A stretch of 64,000 nucleotides of DNA from positions 205,282,001 through 205,346,000 of the forward strand of contig OZ024743.1 of NCBI GenBank assembly GCA_964016885.1, in the 5' to 3' direction. A program made the translations under genes and the position numbers. Below are positions 1 through 14,313 of this stretch, piece after piece. The notes under the pieces are model-generated. The model was not told where the DNA came from. It saw only the letters and a list, made by a program, of their open reading frames with translations, and made no database searches. Numbering within the stretch: the stretch's first letter is position 1; the number at the start of each line of letters is the position of its first letter. Origin of the DNA: Eledone cirrhosa (taxonomy: Eukaryota).

Positions 1-44
1 TGTATTTATTTGTCAGTATGGTGAATGAAAGGATCCACTGAACT

Positions 45-315
45 CAGAGCCGGATTTAATGAGGGAAGGGGTGGGGGCACCAGCGACAGCCGTAACAATT
101 TATTTGTGCCCTCAGCTGTTTTTTTTAGTTTTAGGATGGTTAGAATTTTTGAATTAAATACCTGTATGTATAACATTTTCAATTCCAATTACTTGTGCCA
201 AGCTAACTTTGATATGAAAAGTTGGGGGTTTGCTGTGTATTCTAATTTTTTTGTGTATGAGGGGCACCCCAAACATAAAGTGCCCCGGACTCCCCAAGGT
301 CTAAATCGAACCCTG
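45..315. mobile_element. Non-autonomous DNA transposon (MITE, hAT-like termini)
   Basis: Imperfect TIRs CAGAGCCGGATTTA / TAAATCGAACCCTG; related copy at about 6030-6313 and a split fragment at 37829-37864/38895-38936; no intact TSD seen. Confidence 0.6.
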
Positions 316-324
316 CGTATGATT

Positions 325-530
325 TGGCAGAATCGGAAGAGTGCCACCCAAAATGCTTTGTGGTATTTAGTTAGGATATTCTAACGTTCTGAGTTCAAAT
401 CTCGCCGAGGTTAGCTTTGTCTTTCATCCTTACCGGGGTGGGGGGTTCGATAAAATAAAATACTAGTAACGCACTACTTTCCCATCCCCCTAAAATGGTT
501 GGCCTTGTGCCTAAATCAAAAACCATTAAA
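325..530 (+). mobile_element. tRNA-derived SINE (family A)
   Basis: B-box-like GAGTTCAAATC followed by body GCCGAGGTTAGCTTTG.CTTTCATCCTTAC..GGTCGATAAAATAAA.TAC.AGTAA; many copies in the window (about 2825-2995 minus, 5195-5290, 8100-8470, 8630-8815, 9620-9810 minus, 30050-30180 minus). Confidence 0.75.
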
Positions 531-1005
531 CAACCCCGTGTGGTTAGAGTGTTCGGCTCACGACCGTAAGGTCATGAGTTCAATTCCCTGTGACGCGTTG
601 TGTCCTTCAGCCATGATAAAACTGCATCAACTCCACCCTGTAATGTGGTAGTGCTGGTGCCATGATAAAATTGCATACAGAACACCCTGTAAAGTGGTTG
701 GTGTTAGGAAGGTCATCCTGCCATAGAAACCTACCAAATATGGAATGTATGATTAAGACGTGGTTACTTGACTGGGCTAGCTTCAGAACATGACAACCCA
801 GCCAGCCTATAGCAGTGTGGAGAGCAGATGATGATGATGCAATCGTATATGACTAGAGGGAGAGAAAAAAAAAAGAACAAAATAGGGGGAAGCCAAAACA
901 AAAAACAAAAACAACCATCAATTCGCCACTAAGTGCGACAATCGGCCACATATCACACCACAAGAGTCAACAGAATATTTTGACGCAAGCCAACAAACTA
1001 GCAAC

Positions 1006-1300
1006 GTGATGGTGAGGCTAAGATCCTGAAACAACCAGGCACCCTTATGGGCATCACCTGACATCACAGTAAGGCTGGGTGATGGCGAGGCTAAGACACT
1101 GAAACAACAAGGTACCCTCACGAACATCACCTGACATCACAGTAAGGCCAGGTGATGGCGAAGCTAAGGCGCCGAAAGAATCAGGCACCCTCACGGGGAT
1201 CATCTGACACCTCAGTAAGGCTAGGTGATGGATGGCGAGGCTAAGGTGCTGAAACAACCAAACACCCTCGCAGGCATCTCCTGACACCTCAGTAAGGCAA
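1006..1300 (+). repeat. 73-bp tandem repeat (about 4 copies) of a dispersed repeat family
   Basis: Unit GTGATGGCGAGGCTAAGACACTGAAACAACCAGGCACCCTCACGGGCATCACCTGACATCACAGTAAGGC.. starting at 1006, 1079, 1152, about 1227; single units recur at about 4203, 4500, 5947, 7102. Confidence 0.85.
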
Positions 1301-1521
1301 GCTGCCAATTTTCATGTCCGAAACTACAAATATTATATAAATGATATTATGAAAACATTTATAGTCCTTTCCTATACAGCCAGATCTGTCCTTCTTTACC
1401 CTTCCCCGCTTCATTACTTAATTTTGTTTTTATCTTTTTTTAAAATATTTCCATCGTTGTATAACTTCTGTTTGTAAAATATAGTTGACATAATTTAAAA
1501 ATAAAATTTCGAATGTGGATG

Positions 1522-1780
1522 AGACGTGGCCGAATTGTTAAGGCGCTCGCTTCGCAATCATTAGATTCCTAGTTCGATCTCACTACGTAACATTTGGGTG
1601 TCATTCCCTAAGCCCCGTGTTGACCTACGTATATACCTGGTGAGTGACGGAGCATTTTCTTAGAAACCTGTCGGACTGTCCGTGTAATTCAAAGAGGCCA
1701 GCCTTATGTCAAAGTGAATCTCCCTGAGACTACGACAATGGTACACATGTTTATGAAATCCTTACCTATTTATACGTGAT
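1522..1780 (+). mobile_element. tRNA-derived SINE (family B)
   Basis: A-box-like GTGGCCGAATTGTTAAGGCG, B-box-like AGTTCGATCTC; body GTAATTCAAAG.GGCCAGCCTT..GTGAATCTCCCTGAGA shared with copies at about 25760-26180, 55370-55545, 63640-63810 (minus). Confidence 0.7.
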
Positions 1781-2297
1781 TTGTTTCGTTGGACCTTACA
1801 TCTAACCAGTACAGATTTTCTTTTTTATTTGTAGTGGTCAGCATTATTTTTATTTATTTAAGTTTTCATAATTAATTATATAAATAATGAAAAAGAAGGG
1901 GGGAGGGGTAAAGAAGGGCAGATCTGGCTGTATAGGAAAGTAAAGGAAAGGAATTTAAATACCACAAATGAGAAGAAAAAGAAGGAAAAAGTGAGGGGTA
2001 TTAGGCGTACACATTAATTCCATGAGCTGGCTGTTCAGTTAATCAAACTAGTGGAACATTTATCGTCGAAACTGACGGAAGTCCATGCACAGCCGCCAAT
2101 AAAATACTGCTTATTACAGAGTCGTGCCAGCTTAACACCCAGTCGAATAGCTACACGTCAGTTTCTCTTAATGTTTCATTTTAAATAGCTACGTATACGA
2201 AAACGAGAGGGTTGCTACGTGGCTGTTCGACCTGCTAGATATAGCAGCCAACATTCTCCTCAAATATTATGCTATCATCTTAACAGAGGGAGTGAGT

Positions 2298-2342
<45 letters not shown>

Positions 2343-3365
2343 TTGGATCCTGTAGTTCTAGATACATTATACCTGAAAATAAGAAGGGTTGGTCACGGCT
2401 GGAGCACAGGTCTGCTCGATAGGAGCAGACTTAGGGTTAAACAACAACAACGTGTAAGGAAGATAACGAACTTCATAGACAATTGAGACGTTTGGTGAAG
2501 AATAGTTTTTCAATTTTTGGAACCAAGTTACCATTATTTATCTTCATAAAACAATGAAAAATATATTTCGTTAAAATTATTTCCGTATAATTCCTTATTT
2601 TATGTTTCTATCTTTCTTATAAATGTTTTGAGAAAGAAAGAGGGTAAGTGATATGAATACCAACCATTTGTTTGGGAAGAAGAGGTTTGACTCCTATTTT
2701 TAGCAGGTCGAGCGACAATACATATTTCCTAATACAGCACGTTAAAGTAAAAGTAAAAACCGAAACGTAAATGGCGAAAAGTAACTTGGTTTACGGTGCT
2801 AGGTTGCGTGTATGTAATTGTTTCTACTTTTGGAACAAGGTCAGCAATTACCTCAGCACATCACTGGTACTTTATGTTATCGACCTCGTAAGGATGAAAG
2901 GCAAAGCTCGGTGGGATTTGAACTCAGAACGCAAAGGGTTATAACTCTATGCTGCAAAGCATGGTGTCTGACGCTCTAACGATACTGCCAATCACTTGTG
3001 TAAGGTGCGTGGCTTAGTGGTTACGGTGTTCGATTGTTGATCATAAAGTCGCGAGTTCGATTCCCAATAGCGCGTTGTGTCCTTTATTAACACAATTTAC
3101 GTCACGTTGTTCTAGTTCACTCAAACCGTCCCTATGTTTATATTTATTTTTTAAATCTTTCAATCATAATTAAATATAACAACTTTGATGAAGTTCGTTA
3201 TTTTATTAAATCCTTCCAAATTGTTGATAGTTTTCAGAAATTATTGACAATATCTTCAATAACCGGCTGTGTTTGTGTCATCGACCCCAGATGACCAGAG
3301 TTACAGTCGTTCAAATTAAAGTACAACTGACTAAGTATTCCAGAGACACGTGTAACCTTAACGTA

Positions 3366-3766
3366 CTCTCGGGTTTCCAATAATCCTCCCACTCCGCTTA
3401 TTAATCTTTTAGATTTTTTTCCCAGCCCCACCACCCGCTCTTATTTTAAACCCCGCTTATTAAATTTTGTTCATCTATCTTCGGCAAAATTCTATTTTAA
3501 ATGGTAACATTCCTGCAACAATTCATTTTCTTTATACATAAAAAAAACATTATACATGACAAAAAAGTACATTACTAGAAATCCCATAGGTTATAAAATA
3601 AATAGGATGGGTTGGGGTCTTAATATCTCAACTAAACAACTAATTCTGTTTTTTTTTTAAATCAACGGAGACAACCTAGAAAAATTACTGATTTTCCACT
3701 CCACACCTGTAGCTCCGCTACACACCTGCTTATTCTCCCTATCCCCTATTATTTGGGACCCGAGAA
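3366..3766. mobile_element. MITE with CTCTCGGGT termini
   Basis: TA|CTCTCGGGTTTCCAATAAT ... TATTATTTGGGACCCGAGA; same termini as 5362-5631. Confidence 0.55.
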
Positions 3767-4089
3767 AAGGTCTTAGAGAGATTGAGCATGACAATGTATG
3801 ACAAGACTGTCCCTCGGAATTATAGGAACAACTAATTTTTTTTCCAAGCTGAGTGGACACGAAGAACAAGATTGTCTCATTAAAGGGCACAACATGCCAC
3901 AGAGATTCGAAATCACAGCCCTACGATGGCCAGACAAACATTTTAACCACTAAACTACATACCTTCATAGCATCTATAAACCGTAGAGCAAATATTTATT
4001 ATTAACACAAATTAAAATTTTAAGCGAACAATTTCTGCTTTCACCACTTTAGGGTGAAGGCAGAAATTGTTTAAAAAAAAAAAAAAAAA

Positions 4090-4830
4090 AAAAAAGGCGG
4101 GCGGGACAAAAACAAAAATGACCATTAATATTAACCACCAAGTGCACAACACTCCACAAAGGTCAACGGAATATTTTGTGGCAAGCTGGCAGCATTACCA
4201 CGGATGATGGCTAGGCTAAGACACTGAAACAACCAGGCACCCTCACGGGCATCATCTGAAACCTCAGTAAGGCGAGTCACCAACGATGAGAAGAACTTCG
4301 CTGTCAGCGGCCGAATCATGAAGTTTCACATAAAAATAGAATCCACGGAACCTTATAAATATAACACACAAAAATATAGAATCAAAGCGAAAAAAAAAAA
4401 AAGAAGTCAATTTAACACTAAGTACGTGAACCACAATGGTCACTGGAACCTCCCTCTAATACTTTTGAAGAAATACAACACAATGGCAGCATTGCTACCG
4501 GTGATGGCGAGGCTAAGGCGCAGAAATAACCAAGCGCACTCACGGGCATCATCTCATACCGTGAGGGTGTCTGGTTGTTTCAGTGTCTTAGTCTCGCAAA
4601 CACCTTGCCTTACCGAGGGATCAAGTGATGCTCGTGAATGTACCTGGTTATTTCAGCGCCTTAGTCTCGCCATCACCCGTGGTAATGTTGCGAGCGTATT
4701 GGCTTACTTTTGAAATATTCCGTTGACCCTTGTGATGTGATGTGTGACCTATTGTCACATTTGGTGGTGAATTGATGGTCGTTTTTGTTTTTGCTTCCCT
4801 TTTTCTTCAATCTCTCACTCAGGTCATATA
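4090..4830. mobile_element. Fold-back-like element with long imperfect inverted arms containing the 73-bp unit
   Basis: About 4110-4275 forward and about 4600-4800 reverse complement of the same family seen at 850-1300. Confidence 0.5.
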
Positions 4831-5361
4831 TTTTTGGTCTTATATATATATATTATTTAATAAAAAAAATGTCCAAACAGTAAAATATGTTAGACTTGGT
4901 ATGATTTTTAAAAGAATGAACGATAACTAAAACATCAAATAATGAAAGTTACTAACGGAAATATGTATTCAATAAAAAAAAAAAGGCTTGTTTTTTTTAT
5001 AGGTATTATTATTTACGACATTAAAAGTTAACAACTTCCATTAATGCTGACATTACAATAACGAAAGACAAATCTTCCACAAAACTTTCTACCCCCCCCC
5101 TCCCCCAAACATCCCAGTTAAAAGAAGCACTGTGCATGTCAAGGGAAGTAACCCTGTTAATACTTTTAAATCGACCAGAAGGTTCTTTTCATTATCGTTC
5201 CGAGGTTAACTTTGCCTTTCATCCTTACGGGGTCGATAAAATAAAGTACCAGTAATGTACTGGGTAATTGCTGGCCTTGTACCAAAAAGTATGCACAGCA
5301 CACCCATAGGTGAATTTAGCTATCTTCTGACTAGATTTTATTGCATGTAGTTACCGATATA

Positions 5362-5631
5362 CTCTCGGGTCTTAAATAATAGGGAGTTGGGGTAGAATAA
5401 ACGAGTTGTAGACATTTATGGAATAAACGGGGGGTGGGGGTGGAATAAACGGGAGTAGACATGTGTGGAATAAGCGGGAGGAGCGAATAAACGAGGAAGT
5501 TGGAATAAGTAGGGGGGGGGGGGAACTCGGTAATTTTGCTAGTGTGTTTTTTCTTTTTTTTTCTTTTTTATAAAATTAGACTTAGTCGTTTAGTTTACAT
5601 ATTGAGACCCCTATTATTTAAAACCCGAGAG
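5362..5631. mobile_element. Tc1/mariner-type MITE
   Basis: TIRs CTCTCGGGTCTTAAATAATAGGG / CCCTATTATTTAAAACCCGAGAG flanked by TA on both sides; internal GAATAAACG repeats. Confidence 0.75.
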
Positions 5632-5644
5632 TATCTCAGTAACT

Positions 5645-5862
5645 ACGTGACACTGCATCCTTCAAAACTTCCGTGCTTCCGAAATTTGCCAACACTACAC
5701 CTGATATTCCTCCTCCGTACACATGCATGTGTCCGCGTGTATATCATGACTTATATACTGTTCACTTTCCTGACATTTGTACATTATTCTATGTACTATA
5801 CATGCACCTTTGAAGAGTTGTGGTGCACCCGAGCACTGTACACAATTTTCATTATTATTATC
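5645..5862 (+). mobile_element. CR1 LINE 3' end fragment
   Basis: Matches the 3' UTR of the CR1 at about 44722-44940 and ends in (ATT)n. Confidence 0.8.
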
Positions 5863-6647
5863 TAAAATAAGAGGAAAAATAAATAGCAGAATATATGTGC
5901 ACTGGAGCTGGAGTTTCCCTTTAATAATTCCTTTGCAGCTTGACTGTGAGTGATAGCGAAGTCAAGACGCTGGAATAACCAAGGTAGGTATCAATTGATA
6001 TATTGATAAGGTGTGCCACCAATCACGGCTGTGAGGGGCACCACCATCGACAGCCATAGTAATTTATTTGTGCCCTCAGCTGGGCTTTTTAGTTTTAGGA
6101 TAGTTAGAATTTTAAAATTTAATACCTGTATGTATAACTTTTCACTACCAATTACTTGCGCCAAGCTAACTTTGATATATAAAATTAGGGTGGTGGGGTA
6201 CTGTGTATTCTAATTTTTTGTGTATGACCCCCCCCCCCCAAAAAAAAACTGAAGTGCTCCAGGCCCCCAAACCTGAAGTGCCCCGGGACCCCCAAGGTCT
6301 AAATCCAAACCTACCGCCAATACTGACAAGGACCTAATCAGGCCAAGCTCCCTCAAATGTCACAAACTGGAAAAACTAGTTAGCTGATAATTCCTTATAT
6401 TTTAGAATTTTTCTCCATTCTGTTACAGATATAGGGATCTTTATTTTTACTGCAGAATTTGTCCATGTTACTAAATCAAGACTGTACAGAAGCTATGGTA
6501 GCATCTGTGGTCTCTAGGTCTTTCATTAATCTACTTGGAGAGTTATATTCTTTAACAGAAAGAAAGTATGCAGTTCATTCTGTAAGATGGTCATACTGGT
6601 GACATGATATGATGATGATGATGATGATGATGAAATGATGTTAATGA

Positions 6648-6845
6648 ATGTGGACTGGGTACTTTTTGTCGTGACACCTACACGACCACTATACAGTGTG
6701 GACTGGGCACTTTTTGTCGTGACACCTACACAACCACTTTACAGTGTGGACTGGGCACTTTTTGTCGTGACACCTACACAACCACTTTACAGTGTTGACT
6801 GGGCACTTTTTGTTGTGACACCTACACAACCACTTTTCAGTGTTG
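6648..6845 (-). repeat. 48-bp tandem repeat derived from the RTE 3' UTR
   Basis: About 4 copies of ACAGTGTGGACTGGGCACTTTTTGTCGTGACACCTACACAACCACTTT, matching the RTE 3' UTR motif. Confidence 0.8.
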
Positions 6846-8889
6846 GCTTGGAGGTAGATCTAGAGGCATGTGTGATGGGGCAGGGTGTTTAGAAATATAA
6901 ATATAAAAATACTTTAGTTCTCAAGCAATTTAACAACTTCAGGCTATATGAAATACAACAAAAGGCCTGCAAAGTTTTATTTCAATAGAAATAAACACAA
7001 TTTATATTAAAATGTAGAAGACACACTTAATCACATACCACGAGGACGTTAGAGCTCTAATAAGTTTTGATGCAAGCTAACACATGAGCAGTATTAGCGT
7101 GGGTGATAGTGAGGCTAAGATGCTGGAATAGTCAGGTACCATCACCAGGAGCATCACCCAATACAAACCACCAACATTGGCAAGAAATGTGTCAGAGGCC
7201 CAAATCCCCCCTAAACGTCTTTCAAACACCATAAGTTGAACAAAAATAATTTTCTAATAAATTCTGGTATTTTAGAATTTTATTCCTTTTTGCTATAAAA
7301 TGTGGGAAGGAGCAAAAGAGTTGCTGTGACATCTTAAATGAGACATTTATCTCTTACCCTGAGGCAAATGGTAAAACCATCTTGTTTCTTACAATGAACC
7401 ATGTATATTGCAGGGGAGGTAACTTATATCGAGTAACTTCCCTTTAATTGGCAATAGAAAAAAATAATTTTCATGGCTTACATATTCTTTGATTCTATAC
7501 AAACTTTAATTTAAATTATAGGATCACGTATTTGGTTTAAATGGAGGTCAATTCAAGTTAAGTGTGTGTTTTTTTCAAATTTTATGTCTGATGTCTGATG
7601 ACACGTTTATGTCATTTTCAAGGAGATTCAGCGTGCACAATGTGTGAGGAAGTTGGCCCTTTGAATTTCAGCTATGGTTCATCTGATGGGCTTCCAAAAA
7701 GTTTCTGTCTACCCAATACATCTCACAAGACTTGTGTTAAGATGAGGCTACAGCAAATGACACTTTACCAAGATGCCACACTTCAAAATAATTGTTTCGT
7801 TTGAAAATAACTTTGGGTCGTGTTTGAAGGCTACTATGACCACCACTGTGGTAAGAAACCATTCCTTTTAATTCTGAGGTTATTTTAAATTCTGGGTCAT
7901 GTTTGGGGGTTACTACAATTACCACTGTGGTAAGAAACCCTTCTTTTAATTCTGAAGTTATTTTGAATTTATGCTTAGTGGTAAAGTTGCTTGACTCATG
8001 ATAATAGGGTTGTGGGTTCAATTCATTGTGATCTTGACTAAAATAGGTTATTTCATGTTGCTCCTTCAACCAGTTATTACCTGTAGATATTATTAGCAAT
8101 CGATGAATTGGCAGTATCGGTAGAAGGTCGGACATGCTTTCCAGCATAGTTACGTCCCTTTACGATCTGAGTTCAAATCCGGCCGAGGTTAACTTTGCCT
8201 TTCATCCTTACGAGGTCGATAAAATAAAGTACCAGTAATGTACTGGGTAATTGCTGGCCTTGTGCCTAAAATAGAAACAATTATTAGCAATCGGTAGAGG
8301 GTCGGACGCCATGTTTTGAAGCATAGAGTTACCTCCCTTTATGATCTGAGTTCAAATCCCACCGAGGTTAACTTTGCCTTTCCTCCTTACGGCGTAGATA
8401 AAATAAAGTACCAGTAATGCACTGGTGAATTGCTGGCCTTGTGCCAAAAGTAGAAACAATTATTAGCAATACTATTTACTTGGTCTAATCTGATAATCAG
8501 TTCCTTTTTTTTTGGAAACATGAATAACAATATAACTGACAATACACTTTATAGGCTGTTGGGTGATAGGGTAGAGGCTCACACGACCTGGAAACCTTCT
8601 TTTATCACAGTAAATGGGTGGTGGATTAGCAGTAATTGGTGGAGTGTCGGACACCTTACTTCGTGGCATAAAGTTACGACCCTTTATGTTCTGAGTTCAA
8701 ATCCCACCGAGGTTAGCTTTACCTTTCATCCTTACAGTGTCAATAAAATAAAGCACCAGTAATGCGCTGGACCTTCCCCAAAAATTGTTGGCATTGTGCC
8801 TAAATCAGAACCAATTATCATAGTAAAGCTTGAATAAAATTCCCTCTTTTTTCTCCCCAAAAGTAATTGAGTCAGTTAAAAATAACTTT

Positions 8890-9596
8890 CCACTGAGCTT
8901 TGCCATGGATGTCTGTCCACTGAGCTTTGCCATGGATGTCTGTCCACTGAGCTTTGCCATGGATGTCTCTCCACTGAGCTTTGCCATGGATGTCTCTCCA
9001 CTCAGCTTTGCCATGGATGTCTGTCCACTGAGCTTTGCCATGGATGTCTCTCCACTGAGCTTTGCCATGGATGTCTCTCCACTCAGCTTTGCCATGGATG
9101 TCTCTCCACTCAGCTTTGCCATGGATGTCTGTCCACTGAGCTTTGCCATGGATGTCTGTCCACTGAGCTTTGCCATGGATGTCTCTCCACTGAGCTTTGC
9201 CATGGCTGTCTCTCCACTGAGCTTTGCCATGGATGTCTCTCCACTGAGCTTTGCCATGGATGTCTCTCCACTGAGCTTTGCCATGGATGTCTCTCCACTG
9301 AGCTTTGCCATGGATGTCTGTCCACTGAGCTTTGCCATGGATGTCTCTCCACTGAGCTTTGCCATGGATGTCTGTCCACTGAGCTTTGCCATGGATGTCT
9401 CTCCACTCAGCTTTGCCATGGATGTCTCTCCACTGAGCTTTGCTATGGATGTCTGTCCACTGAGCTTTGCCATGGCTGTCTCTCCACTGAGCTTTGCCAT
9501 GGATGTCTCTCCACTGAGCTTTGCCATGGATGTCTCTCCACTGAGCTTTGCCATGGATGTCTCTCCACTGAGCTTTGCCATGGATGTCTGTCCACT
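8890..9596. repeat. 27-bp minisatellite, about 26 copies
   Basis: Unit CCACTGAGCTTTGCCATGGATGTCT(C/G)T, near-identical copies. Confidence 0.97.
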
Positions 9597-9921
9597 TTTA
9601 CAACAACAACAATAATGATTTCTGATTTAAACACATGGCCAACAATTTTGGGTTAGAGGAAAATTGATTAAATCAACCCCTGTACATTACTGGTACTTTA
9701 TATTATCGACCCTGTAAGAATAAAAAGCAAAGATAATCTCAGTGGGATTTGAACTTAGAACGTAAAGGGACATAACTCCCGACCAATTACTGCCAAACCA
9801 CTGCCCTAATAATAATGACAATGAGAAGAAGATAGAAAGAAGCAATTATCACTGCTTGTTACAAACAATATTCTCAATGGCAACCTATTGCCTATTAGCC
9901 ATACCATCTGTGTCAGGTGTC

Positions 9922-10777
<856 letters not shown>

Positions 10778-11039
10778 TAGATAGATTCAAAATAAACAAA
10801 TACCACCTACCTCCCACTATACTACCACTACCCACTACACTACCACTGCCACCAACACCACACTACTACCAACACCACCACAACCTTCCACCCCCACATA
10901 TTTTAAACTCCTGTCAAATAATTCAACAAAAAAAAAGAAAGATCTCCTCCATACCCCAGGTGTTCAAAAGGTTGAGGAAGGGATGGAGAATTTTGTCTTT
11001 CTTTACAGAAGATGAACACATTTGTTGTTTCAAAGTAAA

Positions 11040-11495
11040 AAAGTATTGTAGTGGGATATAGAGAGGGTAAGAGAATTGGTAGTTTAATGAGAGAGGGGAA
11101 ATTGTGAGAGAGAATGAGGTATGTAGTGGGATATAGAGAGCGAGAGAGAATTTGTTGGTTTAGTGAGAGGGTATTGTGAGAGTCCTAGAGAGTGAGGTAT
11201 GTAGTGGAATATAGAGAGGAGAGAATTTGTTGGACTAGTGAGAGAGGGGGAATTAAGAGAGTGAAAGAGAGTTAGTTATTTAGTGGAATATAGAGAGGGG
11301 GAGAGAATTTAGTGGTCTAGTGAGAGAGGGGGAATTGTGAGTGAGAGGGAGGTATGTAGTGGGTTATAGAGAGGTGTGCGTGCTTATTAACCTAGTGAGA
11401 GAGGGGGAGTTAAGAGAGTGAGGTATATATTGGAATATAAAGAGGGGGAGAGAATTTGGTGGTTTACTAAGAGAGGGGGAATTGTGAGAGAGTGT
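11040..11495. repeat. Degenerate purine-rich tandem repeat of about 75 bp
   Basis: Recurrent GTATGTAGTGGGATATAGAGAG..GAGAGAATT...AGTGAGAGAGGGGGAATT, about 6 copies. Confidence 0.7.
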
Positions 11496-11711
11496 GTTGT
11501 ATGTAAACCACCAAACTCTCTCCCTCTCTTTATGTGTGTGTGTGTGTTTACATATATGTGTGTCATATATATATATATATATATATATAAATATATTTGT
11601 GTGTGTGTTATTATGTGCGTATGTGTGCGTACCTGTGTGCTAGTATATGCATGTGTGCGTTTGTATATATGTATGTGTGAGTGTTTGGGTTTGTATATAT
11701 ATATATATATA

Positions 11712-12993
11712 CAGAGTGCGGACGATATTTGTTCCCAAGATTACTGTCTAGGAAAAAATAACACAGTAGTTTTATTTTTTAAGATATATTTATCAAACTT
11801 GGGTCAATTTGTCTTCATGACTTGTTCTTTCAATCTCACTCGATAAACCTGCCATTGGCTTTGATGACGGCCTCAAGGCGGCCTCGGAACCGGCTACAGG
11901 CCTTCGTCACTGTCCCCCAACTTAGGCCCCTAAATGCACTTGTGATCCTGGCCTTCAGATCGTCTTTCGTATTGCAGCTAGATCTGTTGGTGTCTCGTAC
12001 CACTGCGCCCCACACAAAGAAGTCGAGGGGGTTGCAGTCAGGTGAGCTGGGAGGACATATGTCCGGTGAAGTGTGGTTGACGAAGTTCTCTGACAGCCAG
12101 GCTTGGGTCTTTTGGCTGGTATGGCAGGGTGCTGAGTCTTGCTGCCACACATACCTGGTCGATCCAGGACTTTACTACTTTGCTCAGAATGCGGATGTAG
12201 CCATTGGTGTTCAGCTTGAGGCCCTCAGGGAAGAAGTGAGGTGGCATGATGTCACCTTGACTGCTGACAACACCTAAGATCAATGTTGTCGCTGGAAACT
12301 TTGTCTGCATGATTCTGGGCATGTCTTTGGATGAAACAGTGAGCCACCTGTTGTTCTGGGAGTTGATCTTCTGGTCTTGGCAGAAGTTTTTCTCGTCGGA
12401 GAAAAACCACAGCATGTCTGGCTCCAGTGGGTGTTTCAACTTGTTGATTAGCTTCTTTGCGTGCTTCAGTCACTTTTCTTGCATCACCTTTGACAGAAAC
12501 TGTCCTTTCCTCATCTTGTATGAAACGTAGCGAATGTCTTCATGTACCACCAGCCTAATGAGCTTTTCATCCACGCCTTTCTCCCTTGCAATGGCACGCA
12601 TCGACTTGCTAGGTTCATTGTTGATGATATCCTGAACTTCAGCGACGAACCCGGACGTTCTGAAGGCGTCAGATCATCGATCATGTGTTTTCCTCTCTGA
12701 TGTTGCTTCGTAGTTGAATCTTCCAATTCCTTTCTGATCTTTTCCACCATTCTCCTGCTGACGCTGAGAAAGTCTGAAATTTCCTTATTTGTCCCCCCGG
12801 CGCAAATTCCAAGAAGAACTCCGTGTCTCTTCCACAAATTTGGAGGTTCAAAATTATTCATAATCAATTATTCTAAAAATAAAAAATGGAAATATAGTCA
12901 CTGTTTTTATGAAGACAAGAGTGACAACGGAAGTAAAAAAATTTGCATAAAATTAGCAGTTCAAAATTGCGAACAAATATCGTCCACACCCTG
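11712..12993 (-). mobile_element. Tc1/mariner superfamily DNA transposon, DD37D (maT) family, full length but frameshifted
   Basis: 27-bp TIRs CAG(A/G)GTG(C/T)GGACGATATTTGTTC(C/G)CAA with TA on both sides; transposase fragments FFSDEKNF, WQQDSAPCH, SPDCNPLD with 37 residues between the 2nd and 3rd D. Confidence 0.93.
11836..12867 (-). pseudogene. DD37D transposase pseudogene
   Basis: Coding sequence split over several frames (12511-12867, 12038-12439, 11836-12150). Confidence 0.88.
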
Positions 12994-13134
12994 TATGTGT
13001 GTGTGTGTGTGTGTGTGGATGTGTGTGTGTGTGGAATGCTCAGCCACTTGCACGTTAATTTCAGTAGTAGGCTGTTCTGTTGATAGTATCAACTGGAACT
13101 CTCATCGTTGTAACTGACGAAGTGACTCCATTTA

Positions 13135-14072
13135 TATGTGTGTGTCTGTGTGTATACATATATATATATATATATGTGTGTGTGTGTTCATAGATATATA
13201 TATATATGAGGGTGCCTGTGACTTGTATACACTGGTCACATACATGAATACACACACACACACATGTATACACACACACATATATATATACACACACACA
13301 CATATACACACAAACTTAGAAACCCTTCCTATTTAGCAGGAAACATTCACTACACACTGTGATTATGTGCTTGTCTGTTACTTAATACAGCCAAAACAGT
13401 GCATAGTGGGAAAATACTTTGAAAGGAAGTTGTCCTGAAATGGACAACTTCCTTTCAAAGTATTTTCCCACTATGCACTGTTTTGACTATTAAATCACAG
13501 AGTTTTAGTAATATATTAGACCACCCATGACCCGTTGTGTCACGTTCACTTCAAAATATTTTTAAAAAATCATGTTCACTTAAAAACAATTTTTAAATAA
13601 TTAAATTATACACAGATATGTATATAAACTGGAAGCCCCATATATATATGTGTGTATGTCATCATCATCATCATCTTCGTTTAACGTCCATCTTCCACGC
13701 TAGCATGGGTACATATATAAATGTGTGTGTGAAAGTACATATATAAATGTGTGTGTGTGTATACATATATATATATGTATGTGTGTGTGTTTGTCATCTA
13801 TATACACTGGTCATAGACACACACACACACACACTCATATATATATACACAACAACACCATCAGCTCTTTCTCTCTCTCTGTTTATGAAGGTACCTGGAA
13901 AAGCCCCATATCTCAGGAACCCATGCCCCGATTTATGCGAAACGTGTTTTATTCCATTTGTACCCCCATTTCATGGTCAACTTCCTTTCAAAGTATTTTC
14001 CCATTATGCGCCCTTTTGGCTGTATTACATTACAGATAAGCAAGCAAGCAATCACAGAGTTTTAGTATTATA
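13135..14072 (-). mobile_element. Two adjacent partial copies of the Helitron family at 9980-10777
   Basis: AATCACAGAGTTTTAGTA termini at about 13493 and 14050; TAGACCACCCATGACCCGTTGTGTCACG terminus at 13517. Confidence 0.65.
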
Positions 14073-14089
14073 TACATATATATATATAA

Positions 14090-14313
14090 CACAGTCCACT
14101 CTGTAATGTGGTCATGTAGGTAACACGGTAAAAAGCTCCCAGTCCAAATTGTAAATGTGGTTGGTGTTAGGAAGGGCATCCAGACATAGAAAACCTGCCA
14201 GATAGTCCTATACGAGCGAGACAAGGTCACCCGACCAATCTTGCTTCAAGTGGGATAATTCCTGTCTAACCCATGCTAGCGTGGAAGATAGACATTAAAC
14301 GATGATGATGATG
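14090..14313 (+). mobile_element. Short RTE-tail retroelement (truncated RTE or RTE-dependent SINE)
   Basis: GTGGTTGGTGTTAGGAAGGGCATCCAG...AACCCATGCTAGCGTGGAAGAT.GAC.TTAAAC(GAT)n; further copies at about 685-838, 23395-23517, 23540-23720, 33765-34040, 45020-45192, 45230-45478. Confidence 0.8.

Noticed and set aside
325-3125. tRNA genes
   Set aside because: A/B-box-like heads run into SINE bodies and do not give complete cloverleaves
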